64,000 nucleotides of DNA from Amoebophrya sp. A120. Taxonomy: Eukaryota; Protista; Dinoflagellata. Both the position numbers and the translations under genes were made by a program. Shown here one piece after another: positions 24,409 to 35,367 of this stretch. The notes beneath the pieces are model-generated. The model was not told where the DNA came from. It made no database searches and was given only the letters and a program-made list of their open reading frames with translations. Where the stretch lies: NCBI GenBank assembly GCA_905178155.1, contig CAJINV010000003.1, positions 4,307,835 to 4,371,834 on the forward strand, read 5' to 3'. Within the stretch, counting starts at the first letter, position 1; every line of letters starts with the position of its first letter.

Positions 24409-25230
24409 TCATTCGTCCCAGAACTGAAACCGCCCCCAGTCGAAGGTGGGCTTTTTCTTTGTTTTCTTGACTATCCAATGATGCGGCGTCTTGTTGATCA
24501 CAAACGGCTCTGGCGGTGGTGGCGGCGGGGGTAGTTTGGTATCACCGAGCGCTGCTACCACTTCGTTGTTCCTGAAATCAATCCTACCGCGGACGGGAAC
24601 CGGCATTTCAGCGGGCCAGCCTACGTGGATGTTCTCGAAAAAAAAGTTGTCGGGCTTCTCGTCGTTACCCGTTGGCTTGTCAGGAATGCTAGCTGTTGTA
24701 GTTTTGCGCCCTTACGTAGCGAGCTGGTTTATCAACGACCTCCTGCGAGGCGAGGCCGAGGCGAGCGAGCGCATACAATCAACAACCTCCTGCGACTCAG
24801 AATGTCTATAGGTCAATCATCTGCGTACGCTAAGAAGCAAAACTGCACTGCACACACTTTACCTTTCATCTTCTCTGACGCACAGTGGAGAAATGGACCG
24901 CATTGCTTGATAAAAGGAGCCTCCGAGCCGAGATCCTTTCCGAGATCCTTTAAATGTGGAGTGTCGACCGTCGACCACAAGTCCGGATTATCCCCTGCGG
25001 AATCCTCCTCCAACTTTTTGTGCAGATCGTCTACGTGGTGCTGGTGTTTCGCGCACTCGAGCTCCTTTATCTTATCTTCGCACCAATGGACCCGCGCCCA
25101 CTCTTTGTCGATCGTCTCGCTGTCGTCCTTCCCCCTTTGTGTCAGAATGTCCTCCGGAGGCGTATGGTCTCCCGCTGGTCCGTTGAAGTTACCTTTAACC
25201 TTATACAAAAAGTCGTAGATCGGTGTCTTG
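24409..25230 (-). CDS. Hypothetical protein, multi-exon, start unresolved
   Basis: Protein-like exons YDFLYKVKGNFNGPAGD...CASEKMK and ...ENIHVGWPAEMPVPVRGRIDF...FQFWDE*. Junctions not resolved. Confidence 0.45.
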
Positions 25231-25952
25231 ACGGCTGCGAAACTCGTCGTGGTACCATGACGCAGTCGTATTGTCCATGCAGGCGCCGAGGGGATCTCAC
25301 TTCTTCTCTGCAAAAATTTTTGGCTGCAGCTGCTTGGAAGTTGTAAGGCATCAAACTGTGCCTCCACGGCATTCGAGACAGCACTTTCGTAGTGCTGATT
25401 AAAATCCAAGGAGCGCAACATCATTTTCGCTTCGCATCCAAGCGCTAGTATGTCGAGTCTGAGATGCTGGCTCACTTCGTTCCCATTACATCGGAGTCGT
25501 ATGCAGGCGGTAGTTCTGTAAAACTATCAATCTCTCTGCCTTTGATTGACACACTGACTCTAGTTCGATCTCGTCCTTGAGGACAAAACATATACTCTGG
25601 AATCACCAGCCCGGTGGAGATGCATTCGATTCTTCACATCATCGAGAACAATTTTGCAGAAGCAAGGCCTTCTGGATGACGACCGCGAAATCGAAACTAC
25701 GACACCCACACGACAAAGTGGCGAATCACGACTTACGATTTGAAGATATTGCTTTGCTATACAAAACTCACGGGCGAGGGATTCTGTGACGGGCACCAGA
25801 GCAACGCAGCGACATGTCGGACCGCTACAACTCTTCAGATCGAAGTTTCTCTGCGCACACTTAGTTCTGTGAATGTCAAAGGGTAAAAACCAAGCATGAG
25901 CTGCGTTGTGATTTCACCGTCCTGTTCGTTCTTGTTGCGCAATGTAATTTCA

Positions 25953-28900
25953 TTATCCCTCATCCATACGATCCTCATCATCAACATCCTCAACGCAATA
26001 ATCTTCTTCGTCGTCTTCGAGATCCAATGTTAAGATTCTCTTGGATCCCCGGTCGTATAGAGTACAAACGCCACGAGCGAAAGACAGCGTCACTTCGAGA
26101 TTTTTACTGCCAGACCGATCGTTGTACTCCGGCGGCAATATGCGGCAGCGAAGCCCAGTTTCCTCAGGATTTTTTTGCATCTCCTCGTCGAGGTAGTAGG
26201 ATTCAGTATTGCTGGCAGCATTAGGCCTGTCGTCCTCCATCATAATTGGCTGCACTTTTCCACCGATAACGCGATGTGTGCCGGGTGCGCAGCAGTCTTG
26301 TGCGCCAGCTAATTCCAATTGTTCCAAGGGAATCAGGACCGCTACACACGTCGACGTCTCAGCAGTACTGTACAAGACCAGCAGCTGCTTCGAGGAGTAA
26401 AACTTCGCGGCGACGAACCGGGGCGCGGACGTCTTGTTTTTAAACATTACTCGCTTCCACCGATCCCGCTTCCTTGGTGGCATTTCACCGGACAAAGATC
26501 CTCCTTGATAGCCTGGAATCTTGCCGTCGCAGCCGTGGCAAGGCTGGATTTCCGCAGCACCAAGTCGGACTCGATCTTCAGACATCAAGACCTGCACAAA
26601 GGCATTCCCATCTTCTGCCCAGGCACTGTCAACAACACGACCAGTCGTGGTGCTTGTACAGGCGCCCGATGAATCGTGAATCCTGTTGCTGGCGATCCGT
26701 AGCGCAACCTCCTCTACCTCCACGGAATGCGCTGCGCATACGCTGGAGGCAGTTTCTGTAAGACACTCTTCGAACTCTTCCAGCAAACTCCAGAAGGTGC
26801 TAACCTCGATGACTTTCTCACTGCCGCTCATCTTACTGGACTGCGACACGTGATTCGCTTGCTCCCCCCTCCAACAAGTACTAGTCGTGAAGGCCGGATC
26901 GCGAATCCGCGATACCCGCACTGCGCTCGCGTCGCGTGCTCCAGACAGCTCTCTCGTGGGTGCCTCTGAGGACAATAGTGCTGTGACGACGTCAAGGGAC
27001 TGGGCGAAATCCTTATTCAGCATGACTGCCTCGACATGCGCTACCGGGGCGCACACTGGGGGAGGTGACTCGCCAGTGATTTTCCGCAGCACGTAGAACA
27101 AGCTCAACACGTAGATTTGGCACCGGTAGAGGGAAATGCCGAGGGCCTCACATGTCTCGGCAAGCAAGTGCGCTTTCTGTGCCGCCGTGCCTTTTTCCTC
27201 GGATTGTTCCTCTCCAAGCTGACAATTGGAAGACGAAATTGCCACCTCCGCAACGCCACGGGACGCTAGCAACAGATGGCGTGCGGCGGGCTCCATGCGT
27301 GTAGCGAGCTATCAAATGTAAAAGTGTCTGGGTCTGGAAGAATGCAGATTTTTGTCATGCTGCTTTTGCATGACACAAAATGTCTGTCATGGAAGCCCTA
27401 GCACCATAGGTTTCGAGAAGCTTCCGCTTTGCTTAATCCGCATGACAAATCCCCCATTTTCGTGAAAGGTAATGGGCGCCTTTTGCTGCCTATGCATGAG
27501 AGATTTGTCTGTGTTGTGAAATGCGCATCACAAGTTCGCATCCTTCCAGACCCAGACATTTTTACAGTTGATACGAGCAGCGTTTGCACGTATTCGATTG
27601 CGTTCAGCATCTGCTTTTCCATCCGATGGAGGTTGGGCAGGTAGATGTCAGAAACCCGACCGGTGTACATCGCATGCAACAAGTTCTCCTCGCGGGTCGC
27701 CTCGCTACTTTCAGTCCCGTCTGGAGATTCTCGGTCCTCGTCCTCGTCGCCGCCGAAGTGGGCCCGCAGGTGCTCATCAACCGAGGACGCGAGTTTGGAC
27801 TCAAGCGTTTTGCGCGCGCCAGAAAAGTGCCGCAGCATTTGCTCGCAGAAGGTTCGCATGGCGGTGAGCACACCACAGCAATGTTGACGACAAACGATGT
27901 TGCGCAAAATGATCGCCCGACGCGCAGGAGGCGCTAGCACTTTCCGAAGATCCAACAACCTGGTGTCGGAAGGTCCAGCGGTGGATGGCCTTGATGGCCT
28001 TTCGATCGTGATAAACTTTCCGTTGCAGTACATCGTCGTGCTGGCCGCGGAGATTTCGTCGTCTTGAAAACCAACGCTAGAGGTCGGGTTTGAAGACGAT
28101 TTGCAGCTCAGCTCAAGTACGCACAGCAAAGCCGCAGCGTTTTCCGAACCATGAAAGCGCATACCACTATCCACAGTGGGACTTAGGGGAGAGGGCGCGG
28201 CTGCATCCGGCCCTGCGCCTGCGGCAAGCGAGCATATCGACGCGACATGCTCGTTTAGCACAAAGCCGGCAATTTTCCCCGTCGCCGAAGTGACAAACAG
28301 GATATCTAGGGGCGGTAACTCGTCCGGTAGCACGCATTCTGGATGCACGGTCAGCGGTTGTGATGTCGCTCCAACTTGTTGGGGCACCGCGAAAATCGGA
28401 GGCAGTGTGGAGAGTTGAGCCAAGTAGCTACCAGAGAGTCCGATCGCTCCGTTGCCATGATTTCGGACTCCTGCGGAAGATTCATCCTGCACTGAGGTAG
28501 ATGACAAGAGGCTCTCCGGGTGCGCACCGTTCGACAGAAGGACCTTCCCCAGCTCATCCTGGAACATTGGCGATGTTAGAGAAGCACTGATGCCTTGGCT
28601 CTCCAGCAGGGGACACCAGCCCTCCGGCGTTGAGGAAGCTCCCAAACGGCGAAACAGTGAATGCAAGATTTTGGTTCGGCTTTCACAACTGGATGCAGAA
28701 GCAGATTCCGGACCGGTACTAAAATCTTGGCCTGTATTGATGTGATCATTCACGTGCGAAGTGCAACTACCGTGTCGAGTGTCGCTTCCCCCTCCTGGTC
28801 GATGCCAACATAATGCAGCTAGAGTGTCGTCGCTGGAGTTATTTCCTGCGCTTGAGTTTTTGCCTTGTTTTTTCGTACCTTTTTCGAACACGTTCGTGAA

Positions 28901-29338
28901 CTTGAAGAACATGCGCTCGGTAGCGATGTCGAAGACCGTGATGACAGATCGCCGACCTACTGCGAGAAACCGCCCGCAAGGCGACCACGCGGCCACGGTC
29001 CGCGACGCAGGCGCATGCGTTGCAGTAGATCTAGCGGCCGCACTCGAAGAAGAAGAAGAAGATGAGCTGCTAGAAGATGAGCTGCCAGAACAACTGGAGC
29101 TACTTGTGTGAAAAACTTTTCCGACTTTTTCTCCTGCATCTTCGGAGTTTTCAGCAGGAAGCGTTTCCGCGGGGGAAACCGCGGCCGCAAACACCAAATC
29201 ATTCTCGTCTTCTGCCAGGGGACGCAAGACCGCCAGCACATCCCCATCCACGACAGCCAGGAGGTCCTGCACGGGGTTCCACGCCACGCAGCGGACGTCG
29301 GCAGCAAGCTTCTCGCTCACCAGACGGAAACTACTCAT
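25953..29338 (-). CDS. APC4: Anaphase-promoting complex subunit 4-like protein, interrupted by an introner
   Basis: N-terminal WD40-like motifs (VAWNPVQDLLAVV, AWSPCGRFLAVG), a helical middle region and a C-terminal RGVCTL...LTLDLEDDEE. ORFs 27398-29338 and 25953-27296 join (VQTLL-ATRMEP) on removing 27310-27573 plus one TSD copy. Confidence 0.75.
27310..27573. mobile_element. Introner/MITE family A, copy 3 (264 bp)
   Basis: TIR: left TATCAAATGTAAAAGTGTCTGGGTCTGGAAG, right reverse complement TATCAACTGTAAAAATGTCTGGGTCTGGAAG (29/31 identical). TSD CGAGC at 27305-27309 and 27574-27578. Confidence 0.93.
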
Positions 29339-29949
29339 GGTGATCAGATTGTAAGCATTCCCAGTACCAGTTCTTTTTAAGCAGTCGGCTCTGATAGCGA
29401 ATCCGCAAGAAGGCCCTACTGGTACTGTGCTTCATCTTCTGTACCATACAAAAGCAGACTCACACGAACCATCTCAAGACAGTACGATCTATCCCATGCA
29501 ACACAAAGAAAAAAACAACAGGGACAACCACGCTCCTCACAATGATGAAGTACTGCAGCTACAACTACCTGACTTACAAGCTTACGACTGCGTTGGTCTT
29601 ACTTACAATTCCAAAAGCATACATAAGGCTGGATCATGCAGTTGCAGACCCGAGCGCAATCAATGCTTCACCAATGATCGTCACAGTCTCTTTCCGTTCT
29701 GTTCGAAAAGAAGATCAAGATCCAACCGGTGGTCACACACAAGGAAAAAAAAAAGGAGTTGCATTTGCGGATCCTGCAAGAGAACTTGCTCAGAACACTT
29801 GCTTGCGACACGAAAAAAAAAAAAAACGATTGCTTGCGATCAGCCCCGTGTAAAATCTGTAGTACGTTCAAAGTCGCTTGATAGTATATAGAAATTTCGC
29901 ATACTGTGTACATATGTGAGGACACTGAAAAGTCACTTCACACACACAA

Positions 29950-31299
29950 CTACTGTTTGTTCTTGCGCGCCAAGTAGCGCTCCTTTGCACTGAGTGCCCG
30001 CTGGTTTCGCTCGACCTTTTCAGCTTGCTGCTGTGCCTGGCGCTCGGCTTCTTTCTCCTTTTCCACCGCCGCGGCCGCCTCTGCGCGCACGCGCTTTTCC
30101 TCGGCTTCCTGCTGTTTCTGTGCGAGACTTGCTTCTGCACTCTGCATCTCGAGCTTGGGGCGTTTAGCCGTGTCCCCGCTGCCTTCAACATCCTTTTCAG
30201 CGTCGCGCTTCGTGGTCGAAGTGGTCGTTTCCGCTGCTGGATCGTCTGGCTTCGCTGCGCCCATAGTTGACATTTTGTCTGTCGCCTTCTGCGGTCCGGC
30301 TGTCAATCCCGGAGGCCTTTGCGGCCCTAAAGCGCTCATATTGTCTGCTGCTTTCGCTGGCGCCGCGGCCATACCAGGCGGACGCGCGGGGCCTACCGCC
30401 ACGCCGGCCGCTGGTGGTTTAGCAGGTTCTTCCCCCGGTGCCGTTGTTTTCTGATCTCCAAAGGCTTTCTTGGTCTGCTCCTCAGCACCTCCCGCACCCT
30501 CGCCTCTTCGCTCGTTGAGCAGCCGTTGGTGCAACTCACCGGAGAATCCCCACGCGGCCTTTGCGTTTTTCGCAAAAGCGGCCTCGTCGGCTTGGTCCTG
30601 TTCGAGGAGTTGTGCTTCAAACTTTTTCCGCTTCTCGAGTTCCCGTGCGTAGGCGCCGGTGACGAACGCCTCGGGCTTCTTTTCCTCCGCGTCCAGGGTG
30701 CGGTTGATTGCCCGCTGCTCCAAAATGGCCTTTTCGACGTCGCGCCGGTCCTTCGTCTCGCGCATCCCCTCCACGTACTGGCTCTTCTTTTGCGCGAGCT
30801 CCTCGTGGTACTTCTTATTCATGACCGTCAACCCAGTGCGCTTTACCTGCTCCAGCGCGTCCGTGGTCTGCATGTTGTGGTACTTCTTCTCCATCTCCGC
30901 GTCGTCTAGGTGTTCGTCGTACTGGAACACACTCGCGTCCGCCGCAATCATGGCATCCATCTGCTTCTGCAAGTTCTTCGACACGCCAGGAATGTGCGCA
31001 GCTGCAGTGCTACTTTTCGTGGAGGTAGTTACCGTCGTTGATGTTGAGGAGGACGAAACGGCGGCTACCGCACTGTGCGCGATAATGGTGGGGTGGTAAC
31101 CCTGCTTGATTCGCTCCGCTTCGAGGTTCTCCTGCGCGTCGATCGCCTCCTGAAACATCTTGGGAACCACGGCGGGCGCCTTCGCTTTCGCCAGACCTTG
31201 CTGCTGCGACAAGACACTGACCCCGAAGGCGCCAGGCTTCGCCTTCGCCGGACCCGTAGCGCCTGCGCCGGGCTTCGAAAACGACATTGAAAATTTCAT
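29950..31299 (-). CDS. NSRP1: Nuclear speckle splicing regulatory protein 1 / CCDC55-like (DUF2040)
   Basis: 449-aa ORF with DASVFQYDEH, KSQYVEGM, EAFVTGAYARELE and C-terminal SAKERYLARK, typical of the family. Confidence 0.8.
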   Translation of the reverse strand: MKFSMSFSKPGAGATGPAKAKPGAFGVSVLSQQQGLAKAKAPAVVPKMFQEAIDAQENLEAERIKQGYHPTIIAHSAVAAVSSSSTSTTVTTSTKSSTAAAHIPGVSKNLQKQMDAMIAADASVFQYDEHLDDAEMEKKYHNMQTTDALEQVKRTGLTVMNKKYHEELAQKKSQYVEGMRETKDRRDVEKAILEQRAINRTLDAEEKKPEAFVTGAYARELEKRKKFEAQLLEQDQADEAAFAKNAKAAWGFSGELHQRLLNERRGEGAGGAEEQTKKAFGDQKTTAPGEEPAKPPAAGVAVGPARPPGMAAAPAKAADNMSALGPQRPPGLTAGPQKATDKMSTMGAAKPDDPAAETTTSTTKRDAEKDVEGSGDTAKRPKLEMQSAEASLAQKQQEAEEKRVRAEAAAAVEKEKEAERQAQQQAEKVERNQRALSAKERYLARKNKQ

Positions 31300-31613
31300 G
31301 GTGGGCGTGTTCTGCTCAAGAAAGAAAAAGAATTTCTAAAGTTTCTACTGGAGGTGGTGCGTGGGCAGTCTAGGTCTACACCTCCTCGCGTCCATATCTA
31401 CTTCTACACTACGCAACTTACAACAAACCATTTGCTGGGCAGCTTTAGTCGATTGTTCTTGTTCATACTAATACCTCCTACAAAGAATACTTTTGATTCT
31501 GGAAGGGTAGTTGCCTACTGGCAGAAATCTTACAATGAGAAGGAAGGGAAGAGGGACGCTAGCGGCTTTGTTTTTGATCGACGACCATGCACACTTCGAG
31601 AGCCATGAATTAT

Positions 31614-31819
31614 TATCAAAGAAAAAAAGTTCGTCACGATCACTCATGCGCATTCTTGCAATACAAAATTGTTTGTCATGCGTAAAAATGCATCACAGCC
31701 AAACCTCATTAGGGATTTCCCTAGTGTTTCTGCAATACAAGGAAAGTTTGTGATGCTGAGAAAATTTGTAATGCATAACCTGCAAATTAGTGATTGTGAC
31801 AAACTTTTTTCTCTCCATA
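31614..31819. mobile_element. MITE/introner relative, family C (206 bp), outside coding sequence
   Basis: ~40-bp TIR: left TATCAAAGAAAAAAAGTTCGTCACGATCACTCATGCGCA, right reverse complement TATGGAGAGAAAAAAGTTTGTCACAATCACTAATTTGCA. TSD ATTAT at 31609-31613 and 31820-31824. Internal ATGCTGAGAAAATTTGTAATGCAT resembles ATGCTGACGAAATTTGTAGTGCAT in the 4711-4852 element. Confidence 0.85.
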
Positions 31820-32142
31820 ATTATAGACCCGGTTGCAATGTTGCGTTGCTCGCTTTGCTTGTCATTTTCTCGAAGTGCAGTGTCGCAACATCTCAGCGTC
31901 TTCTCTAGAATTTCTTTTTGCTGTGAACTTACTTACTTTGCAGAACCAGATCGATGAATTTTGGTATCATGCTTCGCGCCTTCTTCATGTCTTGCGAAAC
32001 ACACCAGAGTCTTTGTACCGGTAAAGAGCCTCTTGGAAGAAGCTTTGACAGTCGCTTCCTTTCGAAACCTTTTCTTTCCATTTTTGTCGTCGCTTTGTTG
32101 TGATACAGAGATACTTGTCGTGATCGATATTGCGTCAATGAA

Positions 32143-34749
32143 TCAGAGATCCTGATTTGCGTCGCGGTACGATTCCAACATGGTCCAGTAGGACTCGCAC
32201 CCTCGAGAAGCCAATATCTGCCGCCCTTCTGCCTCGGTCTTAATCGTATGCGCCTTGAAACCGTCGAAAAGCCGCTTCTGGATCGTACCTGTAGAAGAAA
32301 GAAATCAAATTATACCCATCTAGGAATCAACATATCGACCGAACTAGTTAAACTGAGCGCATCCATGGTTCATGCAAAAATGCAAGGCACGCAAAACTTC
32401 GAACGAGCCTTACAAACAAAAAAACTTGACAAGGAATAAGTATATTATGGAAAACGAGTCTGATGCAAACAAGCGGTCACCCCTTACCTTGCCACATTAG
32501 CGTCGCTGGATCGTCCTTTTTCGCCGGCCCTCCGCCGCCGTCGCTATCTTCGTCGTCGTCATCCTCGTCTTCACCGCCTGCGGCGGTCTCGTCCCACTTG
32601 ATACGGCGCATGATCAATTTCCGGTACTTTGTTATCGCCCGCTTGCCACCTTCTACGATCAACAAATTTGCGAGGCCCGTGCACATGATGAGGACCCCGG
32701 ACAGCTGGAACTGCTCCGCGTTTACGGTGACCTTAAACTGGTGCTTGCCGTGCTTCATGTCCTTGATCGAGAACGCAAGCACGTGCGTTTCGTTGACCGA
32801 CGACCGACCGTCGGTCTTCGGGGCGGGGCCCCCGATGGTGTTGCCGTCCCAGCGCTGCTGCTTCTTTTTCTTCCGGGCCTCCGGATCCAGCTTCGCGGCC
32901 TCGTTCCGCCTCTCGTGGTCGAGCCGCCTCTGTTCGGTCTCGCGCTTCACCTTCTGCTCGATCGCGGTCGGATTCGCGATCTGCTCATCACCCAACACAC
33001 GCATCAGGTTAGAAAATTTCACCTGCAATGTATAAGTCGAAAGGTAGAGTGCTTGTTCAGATCGTACGTTTTCGCTTTGTATGTCTATGTTTTCATTCAA
33101 TAAGAACTACGGTAGGAAAGAACGCACATCTCGCCTCTTCCTGGTCTCGAATTATACAGACCTAGAATTGCAAACTCTTGTACCTTTGGTGGCGGTGCTT
33201 CAATGACACCCATCATGATTTTGTCTCGCATTTGCTGGGCGCGCTCCTGGCGGTTTCTCCGGCGCAGTTTCTTCCTCTCCGCGGGTGTGAGCATGCTTTC
33301 AAGGGGCTTCACAGTCATCTCTTTCTGCAGAGAAATTGTCTGCGGTTTAATGGGAACTGGGTGCTCCACGTAATTTGTGACCCGCCTCTCGTCGATCATG
33401 TCTAGATCATACGCCGGGGCTTTGTCGCTCTTTTTCAGCAACAGTGCGTCCCACCATTCAACGTGCTCGGGGACGGGAGCTGGCGGCGCGCGCGCGGCTT
33501 TTGTGCTCATTGCTATCAATTGAGCCCCCGTCTTTGCACCAGTACCATCGCCAGCCTGGGTATTCGTTTGTAAAGGGATCACTGAGAAGCGATAGCGGCA
33601 ATCGCACAGCTTTTGTCAAGGAAAACGTAAGGTCTAGCAAATTAACAAGAAGTTCGACGAGCGGAAATCAAAAATCATCATAAGTACCTCGGTCTTTTTG
33701 TTTTTCTCTTCCAAGGCCTTCGCTGCTGCCTTCTGCGCTTCCTCCTTATCCTTCTCTTCTTGCTGGGCAATGTACTTATCGTCCTGTACAAAACTGAACC
33801 CCATCATTCTTCGCTTGTCGCGCAGCCCTGCACCACGGAGCCGCACTTTAGGATCGAAGTGCTTCGCGGAGTGTAGCACAGATTGGCCCTGTCGTGTGAT
33901 AACGTTAATGCTGTAAGAGGTTCCGTTATGCGACTAAATAGTGAACGCTACCTCCCTTCAGCACGAATAAAACGGGAGCGTGTATAAGCACATCATCCCG
34001 ATTCGGGTGGTCGCCCGGATAAAATTTATTGAAATGATAGTCACTCGACGCACAGCATAATAGATACCTGCTTGTTGACAGCCATGACCGGTGCCTTCGT
34101 GTCTGGCCCTGCTATGGAACCGGCGTAGCTGGAGATGCCACCCGCGAAGCTGGAGATGCCGCTCGCGTAGCTGGCAATTCCGCTAGCTCCCCCGATCCCG
34201 GTCATACTCGACGCAATGCCGCTGTTCATTGCCGCAAGCTGCCGACTCGGGAAGTCAGCCGTGGAGGATGAGCTCACAGAGCCCTGGTTGTAGCCTGGCC
34301 GACTCCGTTGGTTCACTTTCAGGGTGGCGACTTGCGGTGCCCGCATGGGAATAACCTTCCCGTCCTCGTCGAGCTCCCGCCCCATGTTATCAATAATCAG
34401 CTTCGGAGCCGCTCCCATGCCGTAATTCATTGCGTTTTTGTCCCTGATAAAGTTTTCATCAATTTTTTTTGGGTTTGTTCCCTGCAGCACCTCTTCACAC
34501 AAACAAAAAGAACAAACATGAAACTCGATACAAAACAAAGATCATGAAAAAGTACTTCATTTCCTTAATCTTGTCGTGGAGATTCTGCTTTTGCTTCATG
34601 GCCGCCATGGCTGCAAGGGCGGCTTGTGCTGCCCCTCCCGCCTGGGATGCAGGAGGAGGCATGGACGGCTCCACTCCCCACCGACTTCGCTTCGCAGCCG
34701 GATCGTTGGGCTCGGCGCCCCATCGGCTTCGCTTGTAGTGATCCGCCAT
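32143..34749 (-). CDS. PRP3: U4/U6 snRNP protein Prp3, multi-exon
   Basis: VEWWDALL, TNYVEHPVPI, LTPAERKKLRR, PPPKVKFSNLMRVLG, FKVTVNAEQFQLSG, IVEGGKRAITKYRKLIMRRIKW. Last exon ...GCESYWTML ends at TGA 32143-32145. Confidence 0.92.
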
Positions 34750-35367
34750 GCTTGCCGTTAAATGACCGACGAAAGCGCGCTTAGTGTTTCTCTGACGTGC
34801 TGGGGGTTTCCGCTTACTTCACGATTGAAAAACACCGCCACGATATCAATCACAAAAGCCCGGTCGCGTAGCGCATAGTTTCTGGAGTGGAGGGTAGCGA
34901 TGCGGGTGAAACCTAAACGGCCTTTAGGGGGGGACTGACGTAGAAAGTAAATCGTACACAATACTAAAGTCGATGAAAGCTTAAGCTCTACACTCGTTGC
35001 GCGATAGATGGCTTTAGAGTGTTTCGGTAACGGTACACCGCCTTGGTCGCTGTCGAATAAAATCGGTATTAGAGTGTTACTGCTGGATCAAGTTGAAGTA
35101 ACAAATCAAAAGTAAAGAAATTGTTGTCGCAGATCTGAACAAAACCAAAAATTGAACATAAAAGCGCAGATCCGTCTCAACATAGTTTCAAACCGAAGGG
35201 GTGGATGTTGTTTGAGTCGGGAAATTTCATACAATGCAAGCGTCGCGAAGATCGCACTCCATGCAATTGCAGCTGCTGCCCTGCGGCATGATCATTGCAG
35301 CGCGCCTCTACAGCAGGGACTGACTGCGGAGCACCAGCAGCGAGCGCGCTGCCACTGCTTCTTCTAG

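Noticed and set aside
24731-24795. 18-bp direct repeat ATCAAC(G/A)ACCTCCTGCGA, 47 bp apart
   Set aside because: Real, but no in-frame gene model follows from removing it. Likely a small local duplication.
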